This document shows positions 51,916 to 62,510 of a stretch of DNA of 64,000 bases, in pieces; positions within the stretch are counted from its first letter, which is position 1; the number at the start of each line of letters is the position of its first letter. A program made the position numbers and the translations under genes. The notes under the pieces are model-generated. The model was not told the DNA's origin, did no database searches, and saw only the letters and a list, made by a program, of their open reading frames with translations. Origin of the DNA: Takakia lepidozioides (taxonomy: Eukaryota; Plantae; Bryophyta); assembly GCA_030704615.1 (NCBI GenBank), contig CM060731.1, positions 59,272,001 through 59,336,000 on the forward strand. Direction: 5' to 3'.

Positions 51916-52509
51916 TTAATGATAATTAGAAACTATCAGCCTGTATGGCTCTTGTAAGCTTATTTTTTCCTTACCATCTCAATAAATCATCGTTTCATCG
52001 TTTCATCCAGTACTGGTTTCATCCTCTTCTTAAGAAGAAAGAAGAAAAAGAAAAAAGAAACTAACCTCTTTTAAGTTGATTTTTCGATGAGTTGCTTTAT
52101 GGTATACAGCCTGGCAAGACCGCTCATGTTATATGAATCTTATGTTAAATTTGTTCTCTAAACAAAAATAGACATATAGGAGAGTACAAGACTACCAAAT
52201 TCGTTTTTTTTATTATTCAGGTAGGTCTAAAAGCTTTCACTTTCACTTTCTCCACTTAAATTAGAGAATCAAATGTTTTAATAATAAAGTTTTACCAGTA
52301 TTATCTGGTCGGCAAAAGAAACATTAAAAAACACAAAGAATCATCCGCTTTTCAAAAAAGCAAAAAGGATGAATACAATGTTGAATGTGGTGGTGGTTAA
52401 GTGAGTAAAAGTGAGAGGGTGGGAAGCATCGCCCTAAAAAACACTTGGCGGAGATGGTGGAAGGGATCATCAACGCGGACGGTGAAAAGTCAAAAAGAGT
52501 GAAGAGGCA

Positions 52510-52640
52510 GCACGTTGTGCGGCGGGTGGGCCCCGCGCGCCCAAAGGCGGTGGCCAGCGGAGTGCGGGGGAGTCGGGGCCCATGCATCACGTGGCAACAA
52601 CGCAAAAGCGCAGCACTTTTGCTGCCACGCGTGCAGAGCC
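52510..52640 (+). promoter_or_regulatory. GC-rich proximal promoter module of the CCA1/LHY gene
   Basis: TCP site GTGGGCCC 52526-52533, G-box CACGTGGC 52588-52595, CCACGCGTG near 52625; the CCA1/LHY ORF is ~1.2 kb downstream. Confidence 0.5.
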
Positions 52641-53803
52641 CCTGGCCACAAGATTTCTTTTGGCTCTCTCTCTTTTTTCAGGATTTTTTGCTTTAATGTT
52701 TTCATTGCACTTTTTGAGGATTTAAAACAAAACAAAAAAATTCCGCTCTATTGTGTTCCCGCTATGTTGGACCCGTGTAACTTCACCTCTTGGATGGATG
52801 ACGTTTCCGAAGATGGATGAGATGGGAGGGCGGCTACCGGTGAATGGACGTAAAGAGTGAAGGTTGGATGAACCGCATCCGTGTAGCTTACGAGAGCGAG
52901 CCCTCGCCGCTCTGGTTGTTTGCCGGTCTCTGTGTAGAGAGAGCCCTTCGTCTCCTTCGTCTCGGATCCATTCCTGCTTGGCGCTTGTGGACTAGGTTGT
53001 GTGCGTGCCAAGCTTTTCGAGCATCTTCTGAGCATGCATTTTGGTGTGCATCGTTTTTCATTTTCCGACTCTTTTTTTCTTGTCTCAGTGAGGTGGTTGA
53101 AGATTTCGTTCTCCTATGAGGAGTAGTGGCTTCTCTGATTGCAAACCTGCTGCTTTGCGTCACTTCTCTGCATCTGGACCGTTTTAGAAAGCTGGGTCAT
53201 TGTCGTGGACCTAAGAAATCTGTCCTCCTCTAGTCGATGTATCTAGGACGAAGTGGGTTTAGTATCTAGGAAACACTGAAGAGCGGGGGAGAAGATAAGG
53301 GAAGGCATTGTATGGATGCAGCGCACAGCGAGGTGTTGATGCCAGTATGGGAGAAGAGCCTACCCAAACGATTTGATTCAAGCAAGTCTGCAAGACCTTG
53401 GACAGTTGGGGCAAATCTGCAAAAAAGAAACGACATAGGAGTACCATGGAAGCGAGACTGTAGGGGGAAATCGTCGAGTGGAGGTTCAATTGTTTACTTT
53501 GCCAGAACAGGATCTGCAAGTAAGAGCAGTCTGTATTTTTCTTATTTCCGTTCGTGACAGTGCCAGTTGCAAGCAGCATCCTGATTCATTCAAGGGCCTT
53601 TCGACAACAAGGGATGTTTTCAAGTACGCGGGTTCTTATTTGGAGATTACAAGTTGCGGGAAGAACATTTGCACAGCTTTGTGGAAGCGAAGAACGGCCA
53701 CATCGACAGTGGAAGGGTTGCCCGGAAGAAGCTCAGGTAATAAGGCTTAAGCTGAGTTAGGACTTCTCGAAGGCAAGTAGTCTACGCCTCTGAAGTGACC
53801 ACG

Positions 53804-56800
53804 ATGATAATGGATGTCAGTCCTAGTGTTGGAACTCAACATGGTGGTGGAGAGCGTTCAACTCATTGGACAAGGTTTGCTTTAGGAATTCCACTTACTA
53901 CAGATTCGAATGCCTTAGACAAGGCTCAAAGTGAAAGTATGTCCACATCAGGGGATGAAGGTGTGAATATGAAGGTAAGGAAGCCTTACACCATCACCAA
54001 GCAGAGAGAGAGGTGGACTGAAGAGGAGCACCAGAAGTTCTTGGAGGCCTTAAAACTTTATGGTCGAGCCTGGCGCAGAATTGAAGAGCACATTGGCACC
54101 AAGACTGCTGTTCAGATTCGAAGCCATGCGCAAAAGTTCTTCTCCAAGTTGGAGAGGGATGCTACAGCTGGGGGCGGCCTCCCTCCAGGAGAGGCACATG
54201 CTATTGATATTCCGCCCCCGCGCCCCAAGAGGAAGCCCAGTCATCCGTATCCTCGGAAAGCTGGGGGAAGCTTCTATAAGAATTCAGAAGATGATAGCCC
54301 CCTGTTGTCAGCAGTTTCCGCAGGTACTCCTGTGGTGGCCACCCTTGGAGACGGCTGTATGAAGCATACCAGGGAGCAAGATGAAGTGCCAGAGGTGTGT
54401 GAAGACTCTCCGAAGCGGACAAAGCAAATGCCTCAAAAAGAAAACCCACCATTACAGGAAGGAGAGGCCATGTTTGCAAGGCACAGTCCTGCCATCAACC
54501 ATTGGGGTCACTCTGAGTCCAGTTTTGTGCCATTTCAGCATGGGACAGCGACAGTTGCACATCATCTGGCTGCTGCGTTAAGTGCAGGTATGCGAATGCA
54601 GCAAGGTAATAACTTGCCCGCAAAGCCCGAGGGGTTCCAGAACAGCCTCATGGAATTCTCTGGTTTCCAACAGGCGTACTTGGGACGCTTCCATGGGCAG
54701 CAGGTCCCTCATCATCCAGCCTACGGGAATCTGCAGAATTTGGCTCGAATTGTGGGGCTTGCAGCACCCAGAGGTATGGTCTTACCTTGGAGTCAATACC
54801 CGGCTGTTCCATCACCCCCACCCCGGGATCTGTCAGCCATGGCTGCCGCCGCAGCTGCAGCTGCAGCGTTTTGGCCTGCTCTTGTGTCTGGGGCGACCAC
54901 TACAGGAATGCCAGAGGCCACTTCCGCAGATTATGAAAGCGCGACACAACTTGGAGCAAATGGCTCAGCGGAAAAGCCGAATACCCCTGAGGATTCAGGT
55001 GCAGCAGCAGCCGTCGCAGCGGCCACCCTTGCCGCCGCATCAGCGTGGTGGGCTCTTCAAGGTGCTGTGCCTCCAGGTACGGTACTCCCTGGTGTGGGAG
55101 CTGTCTACAATCCGATGATGCTAGCTGCAGCAGCAACAGCAGCTAATGCTGCTGTCTCCATACCCACACCACACCTTACTCACCAAGCTAGGATGTGGAA
55201 ACAAGAGGCTGAAAGGTGCCCTGAGGGTTCTGGTGTGGATGGAGAGGCCGGGACTACAGAGGATTTTCTGCTGGAAATCGCAAGTAGTAGAGGGACCTCT
55301 ATGAAATCGAGCGCAGCCCGAAGGGCAGAGAGGGCATTGCGAGTGAAGGAGAGTAAGGCTCGGCGAGGTACCGGGATTCATTTATCCACATCATCGCCGG
55401 GGGAGTCTGCACTGAAGCCAATGAATTCAGGTTGCGGGGAGCATGGGCGTGAAGCTGGGCAGGGCACTGAAGCCACTAGGAGTATTATTGAACCTGCTAG
55501 CGGAAGTCTTTCTCATGCTAACACTTCCAGAGAGGCTCTCCGTGAAGTTAACAAGCAGAAGAATGAGCAAGTCGGGAAGAGAGAACGTATGGTCAGCCCC
55601 GGTAGCTCTCAGGATGTAGAGGAAGATGACCGGAGGAAACTTATGAGAGGGAGGTCCGTAAGTGGGTCCAATTCTCTGCCAGGGAAGTATGCAGTTGGCC
55701 ACCTGGACAAGCGTGCAGCGCAACTGACTCCTCCCGAAGCATCTTCTGGCAGTGATGGGAGTGGGAGTGATGGTACACCTGTTGATGGGAATGTGTCAGG
55801 GGCTGGCAGCCGAAGCTCCAACTCATCAGCCTGTGGGGCCCAGCCAGGGGGCACCCAACAGTCAGGCTGGACTGATGGTTCTTCAGATGTGGAAGGAGAA
55901 GTCCTTCCTATCCGAGTCAAGAAGGATGGGCCGAGTTCATCAGCAGCAGACATGGCTGAGAGAGATCGAGAAAATGCAACAAAGAATAATATGAGGCACT
56001 CCACCAGTGGTATAAGTATGAATATGTCCAAAGATGGTGAGAAACATTCACATAACCAGAGACATTTGGTGGGTGGTGCACAGGATGTTGTAACCAGGGT
56101 GCAAAAAAGCGCAGCACTTGATGGTGAGCAACGGAAAGAGGTTACTGGGGAAGGTCGGATGGCTTTTCAAGCCCTTTTTTCTCTGGAGACATTACCACGT
56201 TCATTTTCGCCTCCTCCTCGGTCATCTCTCAAGCCCAATGATCCTTTGGCACACAACAAAGTTTCTCCTTCTGAGGGGACTGTGAAACAATCCCAATTCC
56301 ACGGGGATTTCACCACCCGTGTTACTCACAGCAGAGCCACCCCTTGTGAAGGGGGTGTCCCCCCTATCCTCCTGAAATCTTACAGTAAGGTTGCAGGGAT
56401 TGGATTCAATGCTTGGGAGCCTCTCAGAGCGGTTGATGGTTGCGAAAGTAGCATCACGATGTCGTCCCTCCGGCCAGGCAAGAGCCCAGACGAGCTGGGA
56501 TCTTTAGAAAGGAAGAGGAGTCTCAAGAAAATGGAGAGGTGCAGGAGTGTGGCCACCAGCTGGCTGAAACTCGGGACGCAGACCTCAAGCCTCCAAGGAG
56601 AGGAGGGGGTTGATGACCAAGATACAGCGGGAACTGCAGATGAAAGTTGTCGCTCTAAACAGGAACTGGCTGATAGGGAAGAGGATGTTTCCAGTAGTAG
56701 TTTGGATTCTTCTGAGAGGGGGAAGAAAAGTTACAGATCTAAGTTATGTGTTGATGGCAGACTCGACAATGGTTTTGGTTTTAAAAATGTCACCACCAAA

Positions 56801-56938
56801 GCTAATACATTGGCTTTACACATAGCTGGCTCACAGGCCCCTCTCTCCACTGTTTCCAGCACTGGAAGTGTAAAATATAGTGGTTTAGGATTTGTGCCAT
56901 ATCAAAGGGTTTCCTTGGAACCCTCTCTTAAGCTATGA
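53804..56938 (+). CDS. CCA1: CCA1/LHY-clade single-MYB (SHAQKF) circadian clock transcription factor, intronless ORF of ~1000 aa (start at 53804 or 53939)
   Basis: KVRKPYTITKQRERWTEEEHQKFLEALKLYGRAWRRIEEHIGTKTAVQIRSHAQKFFSKLE, IDIPPPRPKRKPSHPYPRK, and the LHY-specific motifs AAATLAAASAWW, EGRMAFQALFS..LPRSFSPP and GFVPYQR. Confidence 0.95.
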   Translation: MIMDVSPSVGTQHGGGERSTHWTRFALGIPLTTDSNALDKAQSESMSTSGDEGVNMKVRKPYTITKQRERWTEEEHQKFLEALKLYGRAWRRIEEHIGTKTAVQIRSHAQKFFSKLERDATAGGGLPPGEAHAIDIPPPRPKRKPSHPYPRKAGGSFYKNSEDDSPLLSAVSAGTPVVATLGDGCMKHTREQDEVPEVCEDSPKRTKQMPQKENPPLQEGEAMFARHSPAINHWGHSESSFVPFQHGTATVAHHLAAALSAGMRMQQGNNLPAKPEGFQNSLMEFSGFQQAYLGRFHGQQVPHHPAYGNLQNLARIVGLAAPRGMVLPWSQYPAVPSPPPRDLSAMAAAAAAAAAFWPALVSGATTTGMPEATSADYESATQLGANGSAEKPNTPEDSGAAAAVAAATLAAASAWWALQGAVPPGTVLPGVGAVYNPMMLAAAATAANAAVSIPTPHLTHQARMWKQEAERCPEGSGVDGEAGTTEDFLLEIASSRGTSMKSSAARRAERALRVKESKARRGTGIHLSTSSPGESALKPMNSGCGEHGREAGQGTEATRSIIEPASGSLSHANTSREALREVNKQKNEQVGKRERMVSPGSSQDVEEDDRRKLMRGRSVSGSNSLPGKYAVGHLDKRAAQLTPPEASSGSDGSGSDGTPVDGNVSGAGSRSSNSSACGAQPGGTQQSGWTDGSSDVEGEVLPIRVKKDGPSSSAADMAERDRENATKNNMRHSTSGISMNMSKDGEKHSHNQRHLVGGAQDVVTRVQKSAALDGEQRKEVTGEGRMAFQALFSLETLPRSFSPPPRSSLKPNDPLAHNKVSPSEGTVKQSQFHGDFTTRVTHSRATPCEGGVPPILLKSYSKVAGIGFNAWEPLRAVDGCESSITMSSLRPGKSPDELGSLERKRSLKKMERCRSVATSWLKLGTQTSSLQGEEGVDDQDTAGTADESCRSKQELADREEDVSSSSLDSSERGKKSYRSKLCVDGRLDNGFGFKNVTTKANTLALHIAGSQAPLSTVSSTGSVKYSGLGFVPYQRVSLEPSLKL

Positions 56939-58439
56939 TACAGCTATGCGCCACCTGTATATGCAGGAAGCCTGTTGGTTCCTTCTTTTCAATCTCTGAT
57001 GACCGTTCCTGTTCTCTTTCTGGATGCTTCAAATTGCAGATGTGAGCTGGTGTGTGTAAGGAGACAAGCTTTCTTTCGAGAGTGCGGTAGTTACAACAGT
57101 GATGCCATCACTGGTGTTTGCTTTTCCAACTCCACCCCTTTTGAGATGTGGTAATGGCCATTACAGCATCAGTGAGAATTTCATCAGCAGATTAGATGGG
57201 CATTATATTCTCTTTTGTGAGAATCCTGTGAAAATTCTCTAATCTGGTTCACTTGATTTCAGTAGTCACCAAGGCAGGTCTGCCAGCTCAGATGCGAACC
57301 CCTTGGACATGCTAATTTCATTCACAATCCCATGCTGGAAGCTGTCCCAACTTGATGTTGGTGGTATTGTAGAATGTAGCAGCACGTCTGATTCCTTGAC
57401 TTCACAGGTGCAGACCTGAGTTGGTCTGATAGTCTGGTCATCAAGGTGCCACATTGTGCAGTTCTAAGTTGCAACCAGCAGACAGAAACTTCTTACTACA
57501 ATCACTGCCTCGCTCTTGGTAATTCGCATCGTCGCCATTTGCTCGGCCCGATTCCTGCCGCCTGTGTGTAGCCAAAATGGCTTTGATAGTGGAAACAGTC
57601 TCTTCTCTCTTAAGCACACAATAATTCCTTTTAAAGTTTCTTCTGTGATTCCACTTCAAAAACTCAACAACCAGCCTTGCTTCAGAACCTCCGGATTCTG
57701 AGTCAAATGCATCATTATTCACACGGGAACGTTTGCTCCCGTATCCTGCCCAGCAAAAAGAACAAACTTCGTCTGCAACTACAAGGCATCAGACTACAAA
57801 TGTGCAGTCGTGCAAGGAGCATGCCCAGCTTTTTGATAGGTCAAATAATCTGTATGAGAGTGTGGGGGATTTGTACTGAAGTTGCCAATCTAGCAAAACC
57901 TTGTCCGGGCTGTTTTGCGCTTCACAATTTTGTCACCAAGCAGTTCTGGAAGGCTTGAGGCATCAAAGTGAAGAAAAAATTGGTAATGCCAAGAGTAATC
58001 TGCGAGAAGATTCATGTGATGACCGATGCAATCGTGACCTGCTTCTCTGCAGTTTCGTTTTTCATGCATCTATCATGTCACTGATGTAAAAAGCACGCAG
58101 CATTTGACATGGCTACCGAAACTCCTCCTTCAGAAATTGTTGCTGAGGAAGACTTGTTGAGGACCACTTGCTAAGGTCACAAAATCAGGTTGCACTTGTC
58201 TGAACCTGCTCCTACAATCCGATAGCATCCCCGGCCACACAAGAGAACCTGCTCGCTTGGCCAAAGCCTCTGCCTTCGATAGACTCCGACATGCAGGCCG
58301 AGCACAGAGCCGTGGCTGGCGACCGTAGAGCCGCAGCAGAGAACCCCAACCATAGGTGCCCCAGGATGTAGTTCTGCATATTGTGAAGGCTTTGGAACTG
58401 GAAACTGGACGCTCGGTGAAAAATACCATCAAAAGTTTA

Positions 58440-58481
58440 GTCCCATATCGTTTGCGCAGAAAGTCGGAGCAAGTATAAATA
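58440..58481 (+). promoter_or_regulatory. Plant snRNA-type Pol III promoter (USE + TATA)
   Basis: USE GTCCCATATCG 58440-58450 (consensus RTCCCACATCG), 23-nt gap, TATAAATA 58474-58481; this spacing is the Pol III type. Confidence 0.85.
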
Positions 58482-58503
58482 TGCCAACGGACCTTAGGTT
58501 TAA

Positions 58504-58720
58504 ACGACTATACTTGAACAGGATCTGTTGTATAGTGCGTACAATCGATCTGAGAGTTCCGTCTCAGGCAAGACTCACAGCTCCGACGATGGCTCCGGCC
58601 AAGGCCGGAGCATCCCGGCGGCAGTCGCGCTCAGGGCGGCGAGCCACGACTCCTCGGCTCGATGAACGTCCCACCCGCTCATTCCGCGGGTGGTGATGGG
58701 CGGCGAGCGCTCTGACGGGT
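58504..58720 (+). ncRNA. U3: U3 snoRNA
   Basis: 5' ACGACTATACTTGAACAGGATCTGTTGTATAG (GAC box, A', A), box C GATGA near 58661, box D CTGA 58712-58715, T-run terminator after 58725, USE/TATA upstream. Confidence 0.88.
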
Positions 58721-59989
58721 AAACCTTTTTCCTCTTTTTTTGTCTATTTTTCTCTCTTAGGGATTGTGTTCGGAGTGGTTATTCAACAGTCTTTCTTTGA
58801 TGGCCCTGGAAGAATTTGAATAAACAAAGACCTAGGTTGGAACAAGTTGCTCTCCATTTCTCTTGTGTGATGTTGTGGCATGTAATGTCTGAGTATTCAA
58901 TCTTAGTGTATGAGTGTCTTATAGTTAAGACGACTGCTAGAGTGGCACCTCAAACTTGGGTGTGCAGCTGCCTTGAGAAGGTGCTGGAAGGAACTTGGGA
59001 GTGCAACCTGCTCAAAGCACATGTTAGTTCATTCAACTAAATGGCGGCAAAGGGCACAAGCTGCCCACCCACCAAGTAGGTAAGAGATAAATGCTACCAT
59101 ATTGTGATTTTTTCATCATTTGCAATTAGTAGTGTGGAATACCAAGGAAGATAGACCCAATAAGCCAAACAAATGGATTGAATGAGATGAAACAACAACT
59201 GTATTCAATTTGTAACAACTGCCCAATTGGCTTTCATTCTCTTTTGAATGCAGAAAAGAGCAAAAGCAATTGCCATCCCATCTGCATCATAGCTACAATG
59301 TAGTGGCTACATTTCTAGGGACATGAAAACTATACTGGAGTACTGGAGTCATGGAGGTATTGTGGGGACAGGTGGCCACTTGTACCTCTGGCTAAAATTG
59401 ACAAACAGAAGGTTTTTTTTCTGGTATTTTCAAAGTGTTGTCACATCTTCTCAAAAGAGGAGACTTTTAAGGTATCTTCTAGGGATGGAATAGTGTTTTG
59501 GGTGATGAATTCAGAAACCCTAGAGTTCTTGACCTATTGATCCTATCTGCATGCTACTTACTGAGCAAGGGATTCATACAAATCCAATTCATGCAGCATC
59601 AATCAATAACAGACTACCCAAGTACCATTACAATCATTATGTGAACTTCCAATTGAACTTCCAAGTGGCCACAATGGGATTGGATCTCGGTGTCAGTCAG
59701 TCAGTCCAAAATCCCCCCTACCTGCTCCAGTCAAGTGCAATTAAGCGCTGACTTCCCACCGAATTGCTCTTCCAATATAATGCATGCTTCGTGATTGGAA
59801 GAACAAGTTCGACCAGAGGCTTCCAGGGAAGTAGGAATAGGAGAGCACTAGGGAAAGATTGCTCTGACCAGCACTTTCGTTTGCAAATCCTTCTGTTTGA
59901 TTCCCAGCAGTGATCAATTTGATCCCGAGGCGAAGAATAACCAGTGAGGCTCAACGGTTCCACTAGTCCGAGGTGGATTGCGCAACTTG

Positions 59990-60016
59990 CGTTCTACCGA
60001 GCTGAACTAAGAGCGC
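59990..60016 (-). pseudogene. trnW: 5' fragment of plastid trnW-CCA (NUPT)
   Basis: GCGCTCTTAGTTCAGCTCGGTAGAACG, ~100 bp downstream of trnP as in plastomes. Confidence 0.8.
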
Positions 60017-60117
60017 TTCTTCGCATCACAATTCCTTGAATGGAAAAGGGTGACCTTTATCTATTTATATTCAACAAAAAGTATTCCGTAAATATAATAT
60101 ATATATGGAATTCGGGG

Positions 60118-60191
60118 TAGGAATGACAGGATTTGAACCTGCGGCATTTTGCACCCAAAACAAACACGCTACCAAGCTGCGCTACATCCCT
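60118..60191 (-). tRNA. trnP: Plastid-type trnP-UGG, organellar insertion
   Basis: AGGGATGTAGCGCAGCTTGGTAGCGTGTTTGTTTTGGGTGCAAAATGCCGCAGGTTCAAATCCTGTCATTCCTA; full cloverleaf with anticodon TGG. Confidence 0.9.
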
Positions 60192-60421
60192 TCCATTTCC
60201 CATTCTTCCACCCACTACAATTGTATCTCATTCAAAGCTTTTTGCCTACACCTTCCAACCATTGCTTCGTTGACCACACTATCATTTCCTGTGGATATGC
60301 CACAGGAAATCCCCTCAGCAGTTTCATGATCAATATTCTCAGGAAATGGTGGATGAACTGAGTAGCTACACAGATCAACGAATGAAGCAAGACACTCGTA
60401 CCTTTCCAGAAAAACATCGTT

Positions 60422-62160
60422 TCACCAGTAATCCTCACAAGAACAAACCCCATCTTTAAAGTGGTGAAAGCGATTAGCGTCCCGTACAACAATTGCTCGG
60501 CCAACAATCTTTGAGATGAACTTGGTTTAGGTGTGGCAGTCACCACACACCCGAAGATTCTTAATGAGACGGAGAGCCGTCCTAGGGGCTGTGCTGATCA
60601 GCCCAAAACCAATAGCCAGCTTCTCACTGTGGTAGCAAAAAGAAAATTCCTTCTGCCCCCCCCCCCCCCCCCAGATCATTCAATACAAAGCGTGTCAGGC
60701 AAATACACTGACTCCTTCATCTGCTCAGACAATATTCTCAGCTCAGCATGGATTTCCTTAATTTTGGGATGCAAGTTGTCATCTACAACAAAGGTGTGCA
60801 CCCTGTTCCCAACCTCAATGCAGCAGCAAACTGGCTCCTTTCTAACCCCTCTGACCTTCATCATATTTCTCACCTTCCCACCTGTCAGCTGTGGCATAGA
60901 TGTTTGATAGCAACACGTAAGTCGCGGAATCCTGTTCATCCAACTTGAAAATAGAGGTTGCCGCATCTCCACATTGCCATGGATTCTGCAGTCACCAAGC
61001 AAGGCCTTCCACATCACAATGTCTGGTTTGATTGGCATTTGACTAATGAGGTCCTCTGCCTAGCCAATCGCCCTGAAAATCCAAGAAGGTCGACCATGCA
61101 GCCAAAATGCTTTGCTCTTGGAGTGACACCATGATCTTGACTCAGGGAATCAAAGTAGTGTCTTCCTTCGTACAGTAAGCCAACATGGCTGCATGCAGAG
61201 AGACCACATACAAATGTGATGCTGTCCGGCTTTAATACTGTCCGGCTTTAAGCCTTCCTTTTGCATTCCTTCAAAGAGTAGCAAGGCCTCCCTATGACAA
61301 ACATGCTGGGCATATTCTGCGATCATCGCGCTCCAAGACACATCTCATTCAGCAATCATTCAACACTCCGTTTGCATCCTTGATGCACCCACATTTGGCA
61401 TACATGTCCACAAGGGTACTGTCAGAATGACATCTGGTACAATTCCAGCTTTGCCGATGTCACCATGGACCTCTTTGCCCTTTTCCAGGACTACCAGGCT
61501 CGCACACGCATTGCAAACGCTAGCAAACGTGATCTGGTTGGGCGTCACCCCTTCCCACATCATTTGCTCATAGGTCTCCAAAGCCTCCGTCCCGCGTCCC
61601 TGTTGTGCATATCCTGCAATCATTGCATTCCAAGACACCACATCTCACTCACCCATACTGTCAAACACTCCCTTCCCATCCTCCATGCTCCCACATTTGG
61701 CATACATTTTCATCAGAGCAGTGTTCAGAATGACCTTTGGTATGATTCCAGCTTTGACGATGGCACCATGGACCTCTTTGCCCTTTTCCAGGACTGTCGG
61801 CTTGCACACGCATTGCAAACGCCAACAAACGTGATGTGGTTGGGCTTCACCCCTCCCCGCACCATTTACTCATAGGTCTCCAAAGCCTATACCCCGCACC
61901 CCTTCTGTGCATATCCTGCGATCATTGCGCTCCATTACACCACATTTCTTTCAGCCATACTGTTGAACACTTCCTTTGCATCCTCGATGCACCCACATTT
62001 GGCATACATGTCGACTAGGGTATTGTTCAGAATGACATCCAGTACAATTCCAGCTTTGACGATGTCACCATGGAGCTCTTTGCCCTTTTCCAGGGCTGCC
62101 AGGCTCGCACATGCATTGCAAACGCAAACAAACATGGTGTGGTTGGGCTTCACACATCAT
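60422..62160 (-). pseudogene. PLS-class PPR-DYW RNA editing factor pseudogene
   Basis: VSWNAMIAGYAQQG, NTLVDMYAKCG, E/E+ MPIKPDIVMWKALLGDCRIHGN, DYW domain [40 protein letters not shown]; many frameshifts and stops; poly-C tract at 60656-60672. Confidence 0.92.
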
Positions 62161-62269
62161 TTGCTCATATGTCTCCACAGCATTCCTATCACACACACCC
62201 ATGCCACAGGGTAACATCGAAAAAATCACTTCAAATCACGATAGATCCACCCAGCAAGCTTACTTGACT

Positions 62270-62510
62270 CCTGGAGGATATCTGGACTGTATTAAGGTAA
62301 GTCATACTACCGGAGTGAGCCCCTTACAAAGGTAGTTTCTGGTCCCTTTTGTTCCGCCCAAACTGGGCGCAGGGTCTATGGCCACAAGGCTACGGCAAAC
62401 AAAGTCTTATGAGTACATCTCTCTCTCTCTCTCAGGTTTGTGCCCACACTGGGGACGTGGCCTGTGGACACAAGGCTACGGCAAACGTCTTGCGAGTACA
62501 TTCTCTCTGA
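62270..62510 (+). mobile_element. LINE 3' UTR fragments (two tandem termini) with (TC)n tail
   Basis: caaaggtagtttctggtccc..ggccacaaggctacggcaaac..tcttatgagtacatctctctctctctctc, then a second acaaggctacggcaaacgtcttgcgagtacattctctct. Confidence 0.75.

Noticed and set aside
54050-56825. Alternative-frame and antisense ORFs within CCA1/LHY
   Set aside because: Expected by-products of a GC-rich coding region; no recognisable domains
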